Positions 12,792 through 26,450 of a stretch of 64,000 bases of DNA are shown here, in pieces. The stretch's first letter is position 1. Every line of letters begins with the position of its first letter. The notes under the pieces are model-generated. The model saw nothing but the letters and a program-made list of their open reading frames with translations, was not told the origin of the DNA and made no database searches. The stretch lies in contig NW_024704743.1 of assembly GCF_018977255.1 (NCBI RefSeq), forward strand, positions 29,762,001 through 29,826,000, written 5' to 3'. The position numbers and the translations under genes were made by a program. This DNA is from Callorhinchus milii. Lineage: Eukaryota.

Positions 12792-14161
12792 GTGAGTACA
12801 GTAACTACACAAGTGCGTGGCCGTGAAGGGTGCAAGGCCTCGACTGTGAACAACGACAATTTTCACTTATATAGAGCCCTCCACCCAGGCTAGCGTCTCG
12901 GAGCGCTACTCGAGAGCTTCCTTTTCAACCTGGGAGCGCTCTTGCCTCGGAGACGCAAAGTTGCGCTCCGCATTGGGACTTTGAACTCCCTATGGTGTAG
13001 GCTGAACGCTCCCCAATGCACTGTCGAGGGGTGCTGACCTGAGGTTGAGGCGTTACATTGAGTTTCCGTCCTACTGACCAGGTGGATGTCAAAGATCCCG
13101 TAACACTATTCCAAGAGAAGGGAGTTTCTGCGTTCACCACAAAAGACACAATCCCTGTACTTTGCGGTAAAGCCTTTGAAGCAATTTGAGTCGTCCTGAT
13201 GTGAAAGGCCCAGTATACAATTTAATGATTATTATTACTATTAAGTCCTCCAATTCCTTTACGATAATTGGCACTGTTGTGGACTGACTGACCACAGTAA
13301 GGCCACCACACATCCCATCAGGTATTTCCATCAGGATTGTCCAGTGACATTGTGTGACCCCATTTCCAACCCCCAATAAAGCAGATTCCAAGCAGAGAAG
13401 TTTGGCAAAATCACAGCAAAATATACTAGGAATGGCTCCGGGGCTCAGGATAAGTCATAATAGCCACTGGGACAGGGTGACAAAATTGCCTAGAATTGCC
13501 TTTGAATGAAACGTTAAAGTGAAGTCCCATCTGCCTATTCAGGTGGACATGGCACTATGCGAAAAGAGAAGGGACTTTCTCCTGGTGTCTTGACCAACAA
13601 TGCCACAAATAAAATTGGTCATTCATTTTATGGCTGTTTGTGGGACATTGCTGTGAGTCTACAATTATGCTGACCCGTTCTTCTACATATACAACAACTT
13701 GCATTTATATAGCGCCCTTCATGCCAAGTAGTGCCCCGGAGCGCTTAAATACATAGTCCATTTTACAGTAAATCTTGGGAAGCATTTTGATATATTTGTC
13801 TGACGTGATAAAATACTATACCAAATACAAGGATTGTTATTATTATTACAAAATACACAGTCACTACATTTTGCAGTAGAAGCATTTTGAGATATCCTCC
13901 CAATGTGAAAGGCACTATTCCAAATGCAAGGATTGTTATCCCAATTCATCTGGTACAATAAACAGATAAGACCAACACATTCTATTTAATTTGGAATTAG
14001 TGTCCTACATCTATTCAGTTTTAATAATCCAGGAAGTCGAACCAATTGATGGGCATGAGTCAGGAGTGTAGTGTCACCATTAGATCAAAGATTGCAAGAT
14101 TAGTTTGGTTGAAGAAGGGCTTTTAGACCAGCTGATCTCATTCTTCCGAAATACTCAGCCT

Positions 14162-14970
14162 ACAACAACAACAACAAAATTACATTTATAGAGCGCCTTC
14201 CACGTCGGGAGGACGTCCCAAGGCGCTGGATAGTTAGGGGTCAGGACCCGAGCAGGGGGGAGGGGTGGGGTAGGAGTGAGGGAAGGTAGGGAGGTGGGAG
14301 GACGACTGAAGGCACGATCAAAGAGGAGGGTCTTGAGATCAGCCTTGAAGGAGGCAAGGGAGGAAGTGAGGCAAAGGGACTGGGGGATGGAGTTCCAGAG
14401 TGTGGGGGCAGAGAGGCTGAAAGCTCGGCCACCGATGGTAGGGTGGGTCGGGCGGGAGACATGGAGCAGGCCGGAGCCCGATGAACGGAGGGAGCGGGCA
14501 GGTTGGTAGGGAGTCAGCAGGTCAGAGAGTTAGGAGGGAGCAAGGCCATGAATGGCCTTGAAAGTGAGGACGAGGATCTTGAATTCGATCCTTTGAGGAA
14601 TGGGGAGCCAGTGGAGTCGGGCGAGGGTGGGAGTGATGAGGCCACGGAGCCTGGTGGACGAGAGTACATGAGCTGCACAATTTTGGATGATCTGCAGCTT
14701 GTGAAGGGAAGAGTTAGGAAAGCCAATGAGGAAGGAATTTCCATAATCGAGCTTTGATGTGATGAATGCGTGGGTGAGGGTTTCGGCAGCCTGAGGGGTG
14801 AGGCAGTGGTGGAGTCTGGCAATGTTGCGGAGGTGGTGGTAGCAGTGCCAGTCATGGCGTGGATGTGGGGGAGAAAGGACAGTTCAGGGTCAAACGAGAC
14901 ACCCAGATTCCTGACTGGCTTAGTGAGGTTTGAGTGTTCAGCCGTGGATGCTGATGCTGCCAGCGCCCTC
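14162..14970 (-). mobile_element. L2 3' portion
   Basis: RT C-terminus (VRNLGVSFDPELSF; APTLWNSIP..FKADLKTLLF) plus tail and (TTG)n. Confidence 0.88.
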
Positions 14971-17900
14971 GATGGTTTGCTCTTTTTTCTACATAAAAGA
15001 TTTATTTTAAAAGAAAAGGTATTTCCAAGTAAGCAGTATTAACACTAAATATCATGTCCAAATATCTTTTAAAATCCAAAGTTTATAATCACAAAGCTTT
15101 CCATTGAGAAATACAATTCATCCACTTAGTTATCCTACACAGTTTTTGCCTATTCAATGTTTTATCCACATTGAACCAATGCAAGCTACAAGCATAACTA
15201 GCATTTCAGCAGTTCCAATTTTCTTTTTTTTTAAAAAGCGCCATCCACTTTCAAAATAGATGAGTAAAAGTTCCCATAAGTATAATCCGTATGTCCTGAA
15301 GTTTGGGGAATTATGTTTGCTAGCCTCTGCTAAGAGCCTGCTCCTCACTATTCTGCTTACTGGAATTGGAACGTGTGTGGTCACGGGCTGTACCACATAG
15401 GTTTCTGGTTACTACGATACAGACCTGATGATTACAGACTGAATGCATATACTGCAAAATACTATGAAATTAAGGATAATAGCTGATGTCATTGGCAGAA
15501 TACTGCATATTAACAGTGTGAGAGTTCTTAGTGATTATTTTATCCATTTAAACAGCTTTTTGTATCCAAGTCAAAAATGCCTAAATTCCACGACAGTCAA
15601 TCAGCATCTGAAAGGAAAACATAGGTTTCGCTTTAGGACGATGACACGATATAGAATCCTGTATATTTCCGATTCTTTTTGACCTGCTGTGGATTTCCAG
15701 GCTTTCAGTTTCAGATTTCCAGCTTCCGCAGTTTTATTTCAACAATTTTGACCTTTTGAGATCAAAAAATACTTTCCAAACAAGCTGTGAATGCTTCCAA
15801 AAAAGCTGTACCCTTTTCTCCCTCCTCAATTTTCACTTTGTGTGATGTTTCCATCTTTGAAACTTGTGTCACATAGGTTTAAATGCAGTGTGGTTAGAGG
15901 CTCTCCTTTGACCGATGAGCAAACAGAATGTGCTCTAATTAATACTTCATAACGTAGTTGAGATGCAGCACATATAAGGTCTCATTTGGTTTCCAAATTC
16001 TCCCAGACCTGATCACCACCACCTCCCCCCCACTTTTACACACATGCGCCTACTACAATACACAGACGTGACAGCTTTTCGTTTCCAAAATATTTCATGG
16101 TCTCATTTGGTTTTTAATGAAATTTCTAAACACTGTGTGCTTTGGTGCAGACACTTCTACAGGAACTGCTAAACAACTGTGTCGATTCGTAAATCAATTA
16201 CGTAAATTGAAAGTTTTGCACAAGTGCACGTGAACGGCCTTCATAATATTTAATAATAATCTTTCCATTTGGTATAGAATCTCTCATTTTGGGAGCGAAG
16301 CTCTTCACAGGATTTGCTGTAAAGTGTAGTGACTGTGTATTTTGTAGGTGAACGCCAACGTGCTCACATCCCACTCTTCTATCTGCCACCTTCGCTTAGC
16401 GGATACAGGTCTGCTGCACGACCCTCTTCCCTTCCGCTCCACAATTAACAGCCGTGCTTTCAGCCACTAAGGATCCAAATCTCTGGAGCTCCTTGTCTTA
16501 ATCCCTCAGTCTGGTTCCTTTGCTCGTCTTCAAATCGCACCTGAAAACATTCCTCTTTGACAGTGCTTTTCGTTACCTCCCTGCCCCCTTCCGGCTCGAC
16601 ATCAAGCCAGGACACTGTTAAGAGCTCTGTGACGTTGCCCCATGAAGTTTGCTGTATAAATGTAAGGTGGTGTTCCCTGCTCGTGTCTGGCCCCGTTAGT
16701 ACTAGGTGAATAGGTGAACTAGGTCTATATGAATCCAAGTTAATATTGATCTTGATCTGGGTCAGTAAAAGTTGTCCGATTGGAGATTGTTTACTATATG
16801 TCCTGAATCTGTAAGCTACTTTTGCCAGCCAGCCGCCCTCCCCGGCTCGGCATCAAAGTCTGCTATTGTTGAGCACTCCCAAGATGTTACCCCTTGTAAA
16901 ATGCGCTGTATAAATGTAAATTGTTGTTGTTAATTGTGTATCAGCGAAGCCAGGTGGGCTGGTAGTCACTGACCAAATTGTTAGCACAAAAACGGAACTA
17001 TGTCAATAAAGCTTCCTTGTAAATTCACAGCACTTATTTAAAAAATTCTAGAGTGGTTATGATGTGGCAAGTTACTTGTATGGTTTCCATGGTGGATGTA
17101 AATGACTTTTGTACATGCAACTTTTACTAGTAATTTCGCCAGTTATCTATTATTGCTGATTTAATGTAAAGAGAGTTTGTATCTGCTAAACAACTGAGAG
17201 ATTTAAAAATCTTTAAACGTTATTTATAGTTTTGTTTTAAATTTAATTTTGGCCGGGTACAGGTCTGATTTTGCAGGGTCAGTGTTGACTGAAATATTAT
17301 AGTCATTATATTATACTTAAAACATGACAGCCTGGCTTTGCAGTAGTATTATGTTTCACAAGCTTTATATATATAGTTTTATTGAGTTGCTCACTGATAT
17401 ATTTCATATGCTTAATCCATTTTCAAGTAGTTAAAGGGATCAGCAGAGCGGCAGAATTTCTTCACTTGTTTTGCTAACATTTTAAAATTGCCAATAAGAA
17501 AATGATATGTATAGCACATTTGTTTTTTTAAAAGTGCATGCAAGCCAGAGAAAGGCTTGTAAGTCGAATGATGAGTGGCAGCTGCAGTAGAAAAATGACA
17601 GTGGTACGCCTTATTCATGTGGGAAATGGGCTGATATACTTGCCTTTTAAATGAAATTTATTGCAAGAATTATTATATTGGCTATTGTGCCTGGAAGTGC
17701 TAGAAATAAACTCCCAAAGCAGTGATCGTAAAGCTGTGCTGAGATTCATGTTATGTGTAAAATTGTCTATGTCCTTAACTTTGCTTCCTTGCTCTGCATT
17801 GCTGAAATGATTTATTCTTAATTGCTTCTCTTCCAATTTATATTGTGGTATTTTTAGAGATGCTAAGGTCTTACGCTAGATGCATTCCATAAATAATTTG

Positions 17901-18094
17901 ATATTAGGAGATCAAGGGCAATATTTAGCTTGTTATTGGGGGGGAAAAAACTTCTTAGAATGTTGTAGTGTAGAGTTTTCTGGTTTGGGAAGATCAGAAA
18001 TAGTGATGGTATTAAAAACAACAATAATTTACATTAATCTTTGTCATGTTGGGAGGCCCTCTCAGCCTCACAACATGACAGCTCAGCATGACAA

Positions 18095-18480
18095 GTGTGA
18101 CAGCTCAGTTAGTAGCATTCTCACCTCTGAGTCAGATGTAGAGAGTTCAAGTCCCACGTCAGGACTTGGACCACATGTGGTCTCGTTGACACTCCAATGT
18201 AGTCCTGTATTATTGGGGATGTCATCCTTTGGATAAGACTTTAAAACTGAGGTCACGTCAGGTGGACGTTAAAGATCCAATGGTACTATTCAAAAATAGA
18301 AGGGAGGTTCTCCTGGTGTCCTGGCCAACAATCGCCGAGATAAAATTGTTTCTTCACTTATGGCTATTTGTGGAACATTGCTGCATGCCCTTTGGATGCC
18401 CCGTTTGCCTATACCATATGCAGTGATAAGTCCCCCTTGATGTGAAATATCACATGTAAGGATTATTATTATTTATTATA
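18095..18480 (+). mobile_element. Older Deu-domain SINE family (SacSINE1/AmnSINE-like); representative copy
   Basis: tRNA-like head GCTCAGTTAGTAGCATTCTCACCTCTGAGTCAGA..GTTCAAGTCCCAC and body CAGGTGGACGTTAAAGATCC..GGTGTCCTGGCCAAC. Related decayed copies at about 3630-4100, 4780-5070(-), 12920-13235, 13500-13900, 23060-23260(-), 29340-29720, 33830-34205 and 56575-56970. Confidence 0.7.
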
Positions 18481-19086
18481 ATAATTAAGCACTTCATAGA
18501 ACTGAGTAGGTATCAGCCTGGACATCTCACCATTGGTCATGGTGTCTATCTGTTTGCAGCCTAGTTTCATCTGCAACAAAATTACCTTTGGAAAGAGGCC
18601 GTGAATTTTACGAAGTATATTCAATGACTCTGTAGAGTAGCATTCAACGAATGCTTGAAATTCTGATTAGACGTAGTGGTAAGGCATCTGAGCTGCCCAA
18701 ATTTGCTGGCCTGTTAGTTCAATTAAAAATTGGTGCAGCGGAGTGCCAGAGTGATGGAGTTCAAACTTTAAATCGTCACACCACTAAATTCCCAACCGTA
18801 GTCACGTTACCACCAGGAAGAAAAATCTAAGGAAGAGTAATTAATGTGTTGCTTGCACCCCTCACGGGGAAGATTCCGAAGCCTTGGATCCACTCCTGCC
18901 TTAACTGTTATTTGGCCCAAAAGGACCAAAGGGGGTGGGGTGAGGGATGCACAGTGGAGACACCTATATAAAGAGTGATTTGTGCTTTTAAAATAAAAGT
19001 TGCCTTAAAATTTCTACACGAAAATACGAAGCGTCTTCAGATATATATTATAATCCCTGAAATTTCCAGTTAAATTGGAAAACCAG

Positions 19087-20119
19087 GAAACTTTCAGTAA
19101 AATTGGGAAATCATGAAATTACTGAAATTAGGAGTCAGGGGTTTTGTGAAAAAGCAATAATTTTATCATATTGATAACCTTGCCTTGACATGTTAGCATT
19201 ATCAACAAATACATAACAACGTAAAGCTTTATCCACTGCAAACAGACTGTGCAATGACAGCTTCACAGATTGACACTAGTCTCCACGTCCTCGACAATAG
19301 AGATGTCCAGTGATCCTCCTGTACAAACTCCTGTTTCACAGGCCCTGGAAGATCGCATGATCCAGATCAGAAAGCAAAGAGCTGCTGCACAATTGGCAAA
19401 AGTATCTCAGGCAGAGAGGATGGTAAGGTTGAGTTGGCTGATCTCCAAGCTGCTACATCTGAAAACAATGTGGCTATCCCCATCCTAGTATTGGGCAGGG
19501 GTAGAGGGAATCCCAGGAATGTTATCATTAATAGAGATTCAGACACTGACCAGTACAAGATAGCAGCGAAGCCCAGCATCCTGGTCTGTCACTATTCCAG
19601 GGACCAATTTGAGTTATGCTCACAAAGATTGTTAACAGAGTCCTATGTCAACCAGGACAAGTCAGGGTCGCTCCGTGAAGCTGTCATTGCACAGTCTGTG
19701 GTGGACAAGTCTTTACGAGGAGTAACTGTAGTCGGAAGACATTTCAGACCAATCATTGTAAATGCTTCAAAGCAAAGGTAAAATGTAACTCCTGGTGTCA
19801 TTGAAGCCTCACTTGTGTTAACAAATGAACATTTGACTCATCAGTGAATTAAATGTCACATGAAGTTTATGATGAATAAATTATAAATGTTCATAATGTG
19901 TTATTTATTTATTTCGACCGTGCTTTTGACTACCCCGCTTTGCCCCCGCCCATCCTCCCGACGTGAAAGGCACTATACAAATGTAATTTTATTGTTGTTG
20001 ATGATGCTAACAAGTGTTAAGTTAAATGATCACTTTTTCACAAAATTCCTGACTCTTAATTTCAGTGATTTCATGATTTCACAATTTTACTAAAAAGGTT
20101 TCACAACTGTACTGCAACA
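19087..20119 (+). mobile_element. Ginger2/KRBA2(SCAND3)-like integrase DNA transposon remnant with long inverted ends, in WRNIP1 intron 1
   Basis: 19087-19210 is an imperfect reverse complement of ~19992-20102. Frameshifted ORFs 19270-19781 give QAERMVRLS..NNVAIPILVLGRGRGNPRN..QYKIAAKPSIL..YSRDQFELC..SLREA, resembling the post-integrase region of KRBA2-like transposases (recognised from memory, not searched). Confidence 0.65.
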
Positions 20120-21186
20120 TATATACATGTATATTGTTTTACAGAGATAGAAAGGATGAACAGGGAGGAAATTGAGTTATTTATGTAAAAGTTATGATAT
20201 TAAAAGAGGTAGATGATTTGGATTGGGTGCAGAAAATGTGGAAACGTAGTTGTCGCTGAGCAATGATGTATTAAGGGGAGAAACCAGCTGTTGGGTGTGG
20301 AATAGGCTACCTGGTCCAGTGAAAACATACATTAGACCCTAATGCATTATTTTCGGATAAGGGAAGCATATGACAGAAGAAGCACAATGTATGAGTGACT
20401 TCAATTTACCAAAAGTTTGAGAATTATAATGGGAGTAAAAGTAGTGAAAATATGTTTTTGGGTGGGCATATAGCAGCACAATTCGAAAATATTTGAAAAG
20501 GGAAGCGAGTATCTTCCAGTGTCCTGGCCAACAATCCCCCAAATAAAATTAGTCACTCACTCCACAGCTGTATATGGGAAATTGCTGAGCGCAAACTGAC
20601 TGCCACGTTCGTCCACGATATACACAGTCAATCCATTTTGCAGTGTGTCTATCCTGTGAAGCGCTTTGAGACATCTCACCAACGTGATAAGGCACCATTC
20701 TAAAATGCAAGGATTACTATAAATGGTCAAGTAACCTGCAAAAGGAGAAGTTAATATTTGACCTTGTATGTAACAACCAGGGGATGGTAGAAATTGTCAC
20801 AATTGTCCAAACCTGTTCTGTTTCGTATGGACAGTTTCTAGCGGGGTTCTCCTCATAGAGATCAGGAAAAGGATCCCTGGTTGATTTTCCTCCCTCTAGC
20901 CCAAGGGCACTGAGGTGAATTGCAGCACCCACTTACTGTCTGAACCAAGATTGGCTCGTTCAGCACAGCCTAGGATTTAACCTGTGACATTCATACCCCA
21001 GAGTCTAGACTATTAGGGGAGCTAGCTCTGTGAGGTGTTTTTATTCAAATATAACCACTTCAGGGAGAAATCCACAATGCAAGATCAAATGGAGGTTAAT
21101 TTTAATTATCCTAAATGCTTTAAAGATACATGTACAGTGCACCTTACAAACATTCACCGATTGTTCTTTCTTTGGATTTTTTTCAG

Positions 21187-21381
21187 ACTTCACTTGCCCA
21201 TATTCTTGCCCAAAACAGCAAAAAGCACAACAGCACACGATTTGTCAGTCTTTCAGCGATTAATGCAAACACTAACAACATTCGAGAGATGATAAAGCAA
21301 GCTCAAAATGAGCGCCGGCATTTCAAGAGGAAAACCATTGTGTTTTTTGACGAGATTCACCGCTTTAATAAGTTACAACAG
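21187..21381 (+). CDS. WRNIP1: WRNIP1 exon 2 (rest of Walker A, Walker B)
   Basis: Acceptor ttttttcag. Encodes TSLAHILAQNSKKHNSTRFVSLSA...KRKTIVFFDEIHRFNKLQQ. Donor CAG|GTAAAG. 195 nt, phase 0/0. Confidence 0.96.
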
Positions 21382-21888
21382 GTAAAGGTAAAGCTTGTTT
21401 CTTCTGCAAAACAGTGCCTGCAACTCTTCACTGCAGACACTAGTTTACAAGAATTGATTTTTCTCAGGACCAGACTTAGATGTTCAGGATCTCAACAGTT
21501 TTCAGTATTGCAACCTTGGGAATCGAAATATTTCAGCTGAAAACTTACTGCATCATGATTTAAATGTTTCAAGTTTCACTTTAATCTTGCAGAATTCATT
21601 GAATAAAGTTTAAGAAAGCTTAAGATGACAGAGCTGTATATAATACTGCCCAAATACTATGTTCAGAAGCTAGTGTCAGAAGCTGACTTCTCCAAATATG
21701 TCTTTCACTTAAGAGCTTTACTAAATGCTCACGAGAGAAGGACATATTGGAGTTCAGAGATCCTTTAAACTGTCGACGTGTTGTGATACATTTTGAAAAG
21801 CAAAACTTACGTTTGCTGCCTCTTGATATCTTGTCCTTTTGCAGAGTGACCACTTTCGTCCTCTCTAACTCCCACCGCTTTTCTGCAG

Positions 21889-22124
21889 GACACTTTTCTG
21901 CCTCACGTCGAGTGCGGCACACTCACACTGATTGGTGCCACCACAGAGAACCCTTCCTTTCAGATCAATGCGGCACTGTTGAGTCGTTGCCGTGTCATCG
22001 TTCTTGAGAAGCTGTCAGTGGAAGCAATGGAAAGTATTCTGCTTCGTGCTGCAAGCTCCCTTGGGATCAGTGTTTTAGCCCAGGATAAAGAAGCTGGCTC
22101 AGTGGGGGGCAGCAAAGAGTCTGA
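21889..22124 (+). CDS. WRNIP1: WRNIP1 exon 3 (sensor 1 ATTENP, arginine finger SRC)
   Basis: Branch-like ctctaac and acceptor ttttctgcag. Encodes [43 protein letters not shown]...GGSKES. Donor GA|GTAAGT. 236 nt, phase 0/2. Confidence 0.95.
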
Positions 22125-22357
22125 GTAAGTCCCTGCAGAATGTAGCTTGTAAAAACAGAATGCCTGGAATCTGGTGGTGGGATGCCAGGACGCGATAATA
22201 ATAGTAATAATAATAGTAATATGCTGCAAGCCTGACATTTCTAAAGAAATAAAGTGCACTGTTCTAATGAGACTAATGATGAGCACTTGGAACTCTTACA
22301 GACTGAAAGTATCTGAGCCGAATGAGAACAGCTTTTTATGTGTAATACTGCCAACAA

Positions 22358-23045
22358 TAACAAATTGCATTTATATAGCGCCCTTCATGCAGGATAATGT
22401 CTTGGAGCTCTTAACAATGTCCGAGCTTGACCCCAAGCTAGGGAGAGGTGGGAGGTGACGATAGGCACAGTTCAAGAAGAAGGACTTCAGGTGGGAAAGG
22501 TGAAGTGATTCTATTGCTTTGGGACTTAGTGGCTGAAAGAGTGGCTGCCAATGGTGGAGCAGAGGGGACAAGGGACCTGCAGGATGCTGGAACCAGCTGA
22601 GCGCAGGCAGCGGGTAGTGGCATGGGGTATAAGCAAGTCCGAGAAGTAGGGAGGCGCCAGGGCGTGAAATACACAAGTGTGAGGAATTTAAAGTTATCTG
22701 TTTTTCAAGAGAACCAGTGGAGCCTGACAAGGACTGGGGGTATGGCATTTGGATATGGGTGGCAGAGTTTTGAATGAATGGATTTTATGGATGGTTGACC
22801 TGCTGTGTCTGGTGAGGAGGGCATTGGAATAATCAAAGCAGAAGGTGGCGAAAGCATTGGTAAGGTCTTCGGCTGTGTTGGGTGTGAGGTACAGTCGGAG
22901 TCGAGCAATGTGACAGAGGTGGAGCAAAGTGGTCCTGGTCAGGGATTGGATGTGAGGTAGGAATGGCAGCTGGGATCGAACCTGACTCCTGGGGTCCATA
23001 CAGGTTCAGTATGTCTGAGGGATAGGCCGGGAAGATTAAGGAGTT
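22358..23045 (-). mobile_element. Old L2 3' portion (WRNIP1 intron 3)
   Basis: HIARLRLYLTPNTAEDLTNAFATFCFDYSNALL motif and L2 tail. Confidence 0.8.
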
Positions 23046-24806
23046 TGAAACCGCAGATGAGAAGACATTGATGGGAGCTGAGGAATTTAACATCCATCTG
23101 AACAGGCAGGTGGGGCCTTGGTTTAATGTGTAATTTGAAGGACAGCACCTCCAAAAATGCAGAACATCCCAACTCTGGATGGAGTGTCATCTTAAGACTT
23201 AAGAGAGGCTGGATTCGGAATCTTTTGAGTCCGAGACAAGAGTGAACCAGGCTGAGACACAGGCACAAGTTGGAAAGAGCCAAGACCTGGGGTCCCTAGG
23301 GCTTGGTTGGGGTACTGCTGGAGTTTAACCAGCTAAAGCCATGTTAAAATCTCTTGTATGCAAATCATTGTTAAACCAGAAAGTGTGAGCCATAAACAGG
23401 TTAGCCAACCCCAAAGTGAGATTATACCCTAATCGACTGCACCATAAAAACAATGTACAATATTTCACCAACAGAAAAAAGACACTGAAGCAGTTTGTTC
23501 CCGTTTTAGAAGCTAATGTCCAAGTGTTTTAATCTGGGGATTTTTCATAATAATCAGGAGGCATTTACAGCTGCCAAAAAATGTTCAAATTTGAGGGGAC
23601 AAATTAAATTTCGCTAAACATTTAGCATTATTGTTTTTATTAAAGAAAAGCTGGTCAGGTTTTCTACAGTAATAAAGGTCTCACACGAAAGGATGCCTAT
23701 TATTGTAATATTAACCCTAATGAACTAGAATAAATACAAAGAAATATGATTTGGATTATTTATCCTGTGCTTGTCCCGTCGGCCCCTTTTTTCCTTCTCT
23801 TTTCTCAATCTTTCTATTTTTTAAACTTTTTTACCCATTCATTTGTTTTTTTAATCTGTTTCTTCACCTTTCAGCTCCTACTGTCCGTTTTCAAAAGTAG
23901 GAAGCAATGTGTCTTTTTCTAAAAATTGGTTGTAAACTACTTTAACAATCTGATTTTGGAGTCAACTAAAAGCTCCAACAAAGGATAGGTAGTGCCAAGA
24001 CATAGATGTGAACAAGTCATTCTTTGAGCCGACTATTGTATGATAATATTAATAAATAATCCTTACATTTGGTATAGCACCTTTCACAGCAGGAAGATGT
24101 CCCAAAGCACTTCACAGGGTATATTATAAAGTGGAGGGATAGTCTTTTGTGGATGAACATATAGAAGAGGAGCTCTAAGAGTTAATAAACGACAGCTGGC
24201 AACAAAGGCTGGTGGTTCTACTGTATCATTGTGTTTGCAAACTGAGTAGCTGCTTCAGAGGAATGCTTGTGGGTTTAAAAGCTTATGAACTTGCATTGTC
24301 ATGGAAATTCAAATATATTGGGAATTGGAAAACAGAGTTGGACATCCCCTCCCCCTGTGTAAGTTCAGTACTCCTCTGATAAAGCTTTCCTCTTATTGCA
24401 AGACAGCAAGGAGCCCTATTAAAATGGTCTGTCTTAGTTCCCCTCCAACATTCTCTTTCCCTTTGCCCGACTGAAGTTGAAAGTTCCCACGAGTGCAGAT
24501 TTCAGGGTACAGACTGTATGGTGAAGGCACATAGCGAGGAAAAACTCATTGAATGTAGCACATGCACTGTACTGTACCTACCCACATTAGGGTTAAGGAT
24601 TTCTTTGAGGGAAAAAATCCTGCTGGCTGCAGTTTTTTTTTGTAAGTAGATTTGAACTAGACCAATCCTGCAGAGCATTATGAGACCCCTCCCCAACTCC
24701 CCACTAGCAAGAGTGAATATGTCTTTGTGGTGATTAATTTAACTGCTTTGTCTAACCAAAAGCAATTGTGACAATGCGTTGCTCTTTATTATTGCTTGTC
24801 TTTCAG

Positions 24807-25036
24807 TCCGTGCATTTGTATTGAACCTGAAGCTATTCGTACCATTGCGTACCTGTGCGATGGAGACGCGAGGACTGCATTAAATGGACTGCATCTTGCG
24901 ATTCAAGGAAAACTCGCAGTTGCAAAAAAGCCACAGTGTGACAAACAGCAAAATACCTTATCAAAAAGGATAGTGATTCAGGAAGTGGACATAAAGGAAG
25001 GACTGCAGCGGTCACATATATTATATGATCGAGCAG
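24807..25036 (+). CDS. WRNIP1: WRNIP1 exon 4 (AAA lid, sensor 2 DGDAR)
   Basis: Acceptor tctttcag. Encodes PCICIEPEAIRTIAYLCDGDARTALNGL...KEGLQRSHILYDRA. Donor G|GTAAGG. 230 nt, phase 2/1. Confidence 0.95.
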
Positions 25037-25554
25037 GTAAGGCACTAAAGGTGCCACTTTCTTTGGAGCAAACTGAAATTGTTGTGGAACCCAGTATAAA
25101 AGTTATTAGGAGCCCAGTTAGTGTCGATTAGCAGATCGTTTTTCCGTGGGTACTCATCCCTAGCCAATTTTGGCAATATAGTTTAAACACTTGCAGGCAG
25201 TTTGAATTTTCCTTAGGCTATTTGGAGGATTGTGACAGATCAGTTGGTGTATCTGGTATTTGTTCTGAATAAAGTGGTTTTCAGTGTTTCACATCACGTT
25301 TTTTTTGCATATTGTTGGATAGGTCACCAAGGATCCTGAGAGATTAATTTTTTTTAAAAAATGTATCCATAGAAATAAATAACCTTAAATTATACAGAGA
25401 GGGGAAAGTTTTGCATTCCTTCACCTCACCTGTGTTGTGTGACTTAACCACTGTTCTGTCTGGAAAGAGTCACAACCAGCAGTGTTAGAGTCACCGTAAT
25501 TTCCCTCTTCTGCAAACTTCAGCAATCAAAGCCTTTTATTTAATTATTAATTGC

Positions 25555-26385
25555 CCATATCCGCCACTGCCTCTCACCGCGAGCCGCCAAGACCCTGATC
25601 CATGCTTTCATTACGTTCCAGCTTGACTAAGCCAACTGCCTGCTCACTGGACTTCCCAACTCTTCCCTCCACAAACTGCATATTATTCAGAACTCCGGAG
25701 CTTGTGTCCTTTCCCACACCAGGCTCAACAACAACAAGACAACAAGATTCCATTTATAAAGCGCCTTTCACGTCAGGAGGACGTCCCAAGGCGCTGCACA
25801 GTTGGGTCATGACCCGAGCAGGGGGGAAATGGTCAGGGTGAGGGGAGGGAAGGGAGGGAGCGAGGAGGGGGAAGAGAGTCGAGAGGGGAGCTGAAGGCAC
25901 GGTCAAAGAGAAGACCTATAGGTCAGGGAACCTATCACCCCCATTCTTGCCTGACTTCACTGGTTGCCCATTCCTAAAAGAATCGAGTACAAAACCCTTG
26001 TTCTTATCTTCAAGGCCCTCCACGGTATTGCTCCCCCTACCTCTCATAACCCCATATCAGCCTATCCGCTCCCTCCACTCGGGGGACACCAGCCTGATTC
26101 AGGCCCCCGCACTTCGCGCCCCACCATTAGCGGTCAGGCATTCAGCATCTCTGCCCCTACACTCTGGAACTCTATTCCGCAATCAGCTCCTCTCTTGCCT
26201 CCTTCAAGTCCCATCTGAAGACCTTCTTCTTCAGTCGTGCCTTCGGGCACCGTCCCACCCCCTCACCCCTGCCTTACTCCCCTTCTGACCCCAACTCCCA
26301 GCTCAGGTCCAAAACCCCTGATTGTCCAGCGCCCTGGGATGTCTTTCCGACGTGAAGGGCGTTATACAAGTCTAATTTGTTGTTA
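25555..26385 (+). mobile_element. L2 3' portion with a nested young antisense L2 tail (25727-25915)
   Basis: LHWLPIPKRIEYKTLVLIFKALHG..APTLWNSIP. The nested piece is nearly identical to 10015-10175. Confidence 0.85.
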
Positions 26386-26450
26386 ATGATTTTGTCACAA
26401 ATAAACATTTCTGCCGATCAGACATCATGTCCTGTGTGTTTGATTCTAAG

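Noticed and set aside
12792..12893. ORF-track continuation of WRNIP1 exon 1 (VSTVTTQ...)
   Set aside because: Intron read-through past the consensus GTGAGT donor; family similarity resumes at 21187.
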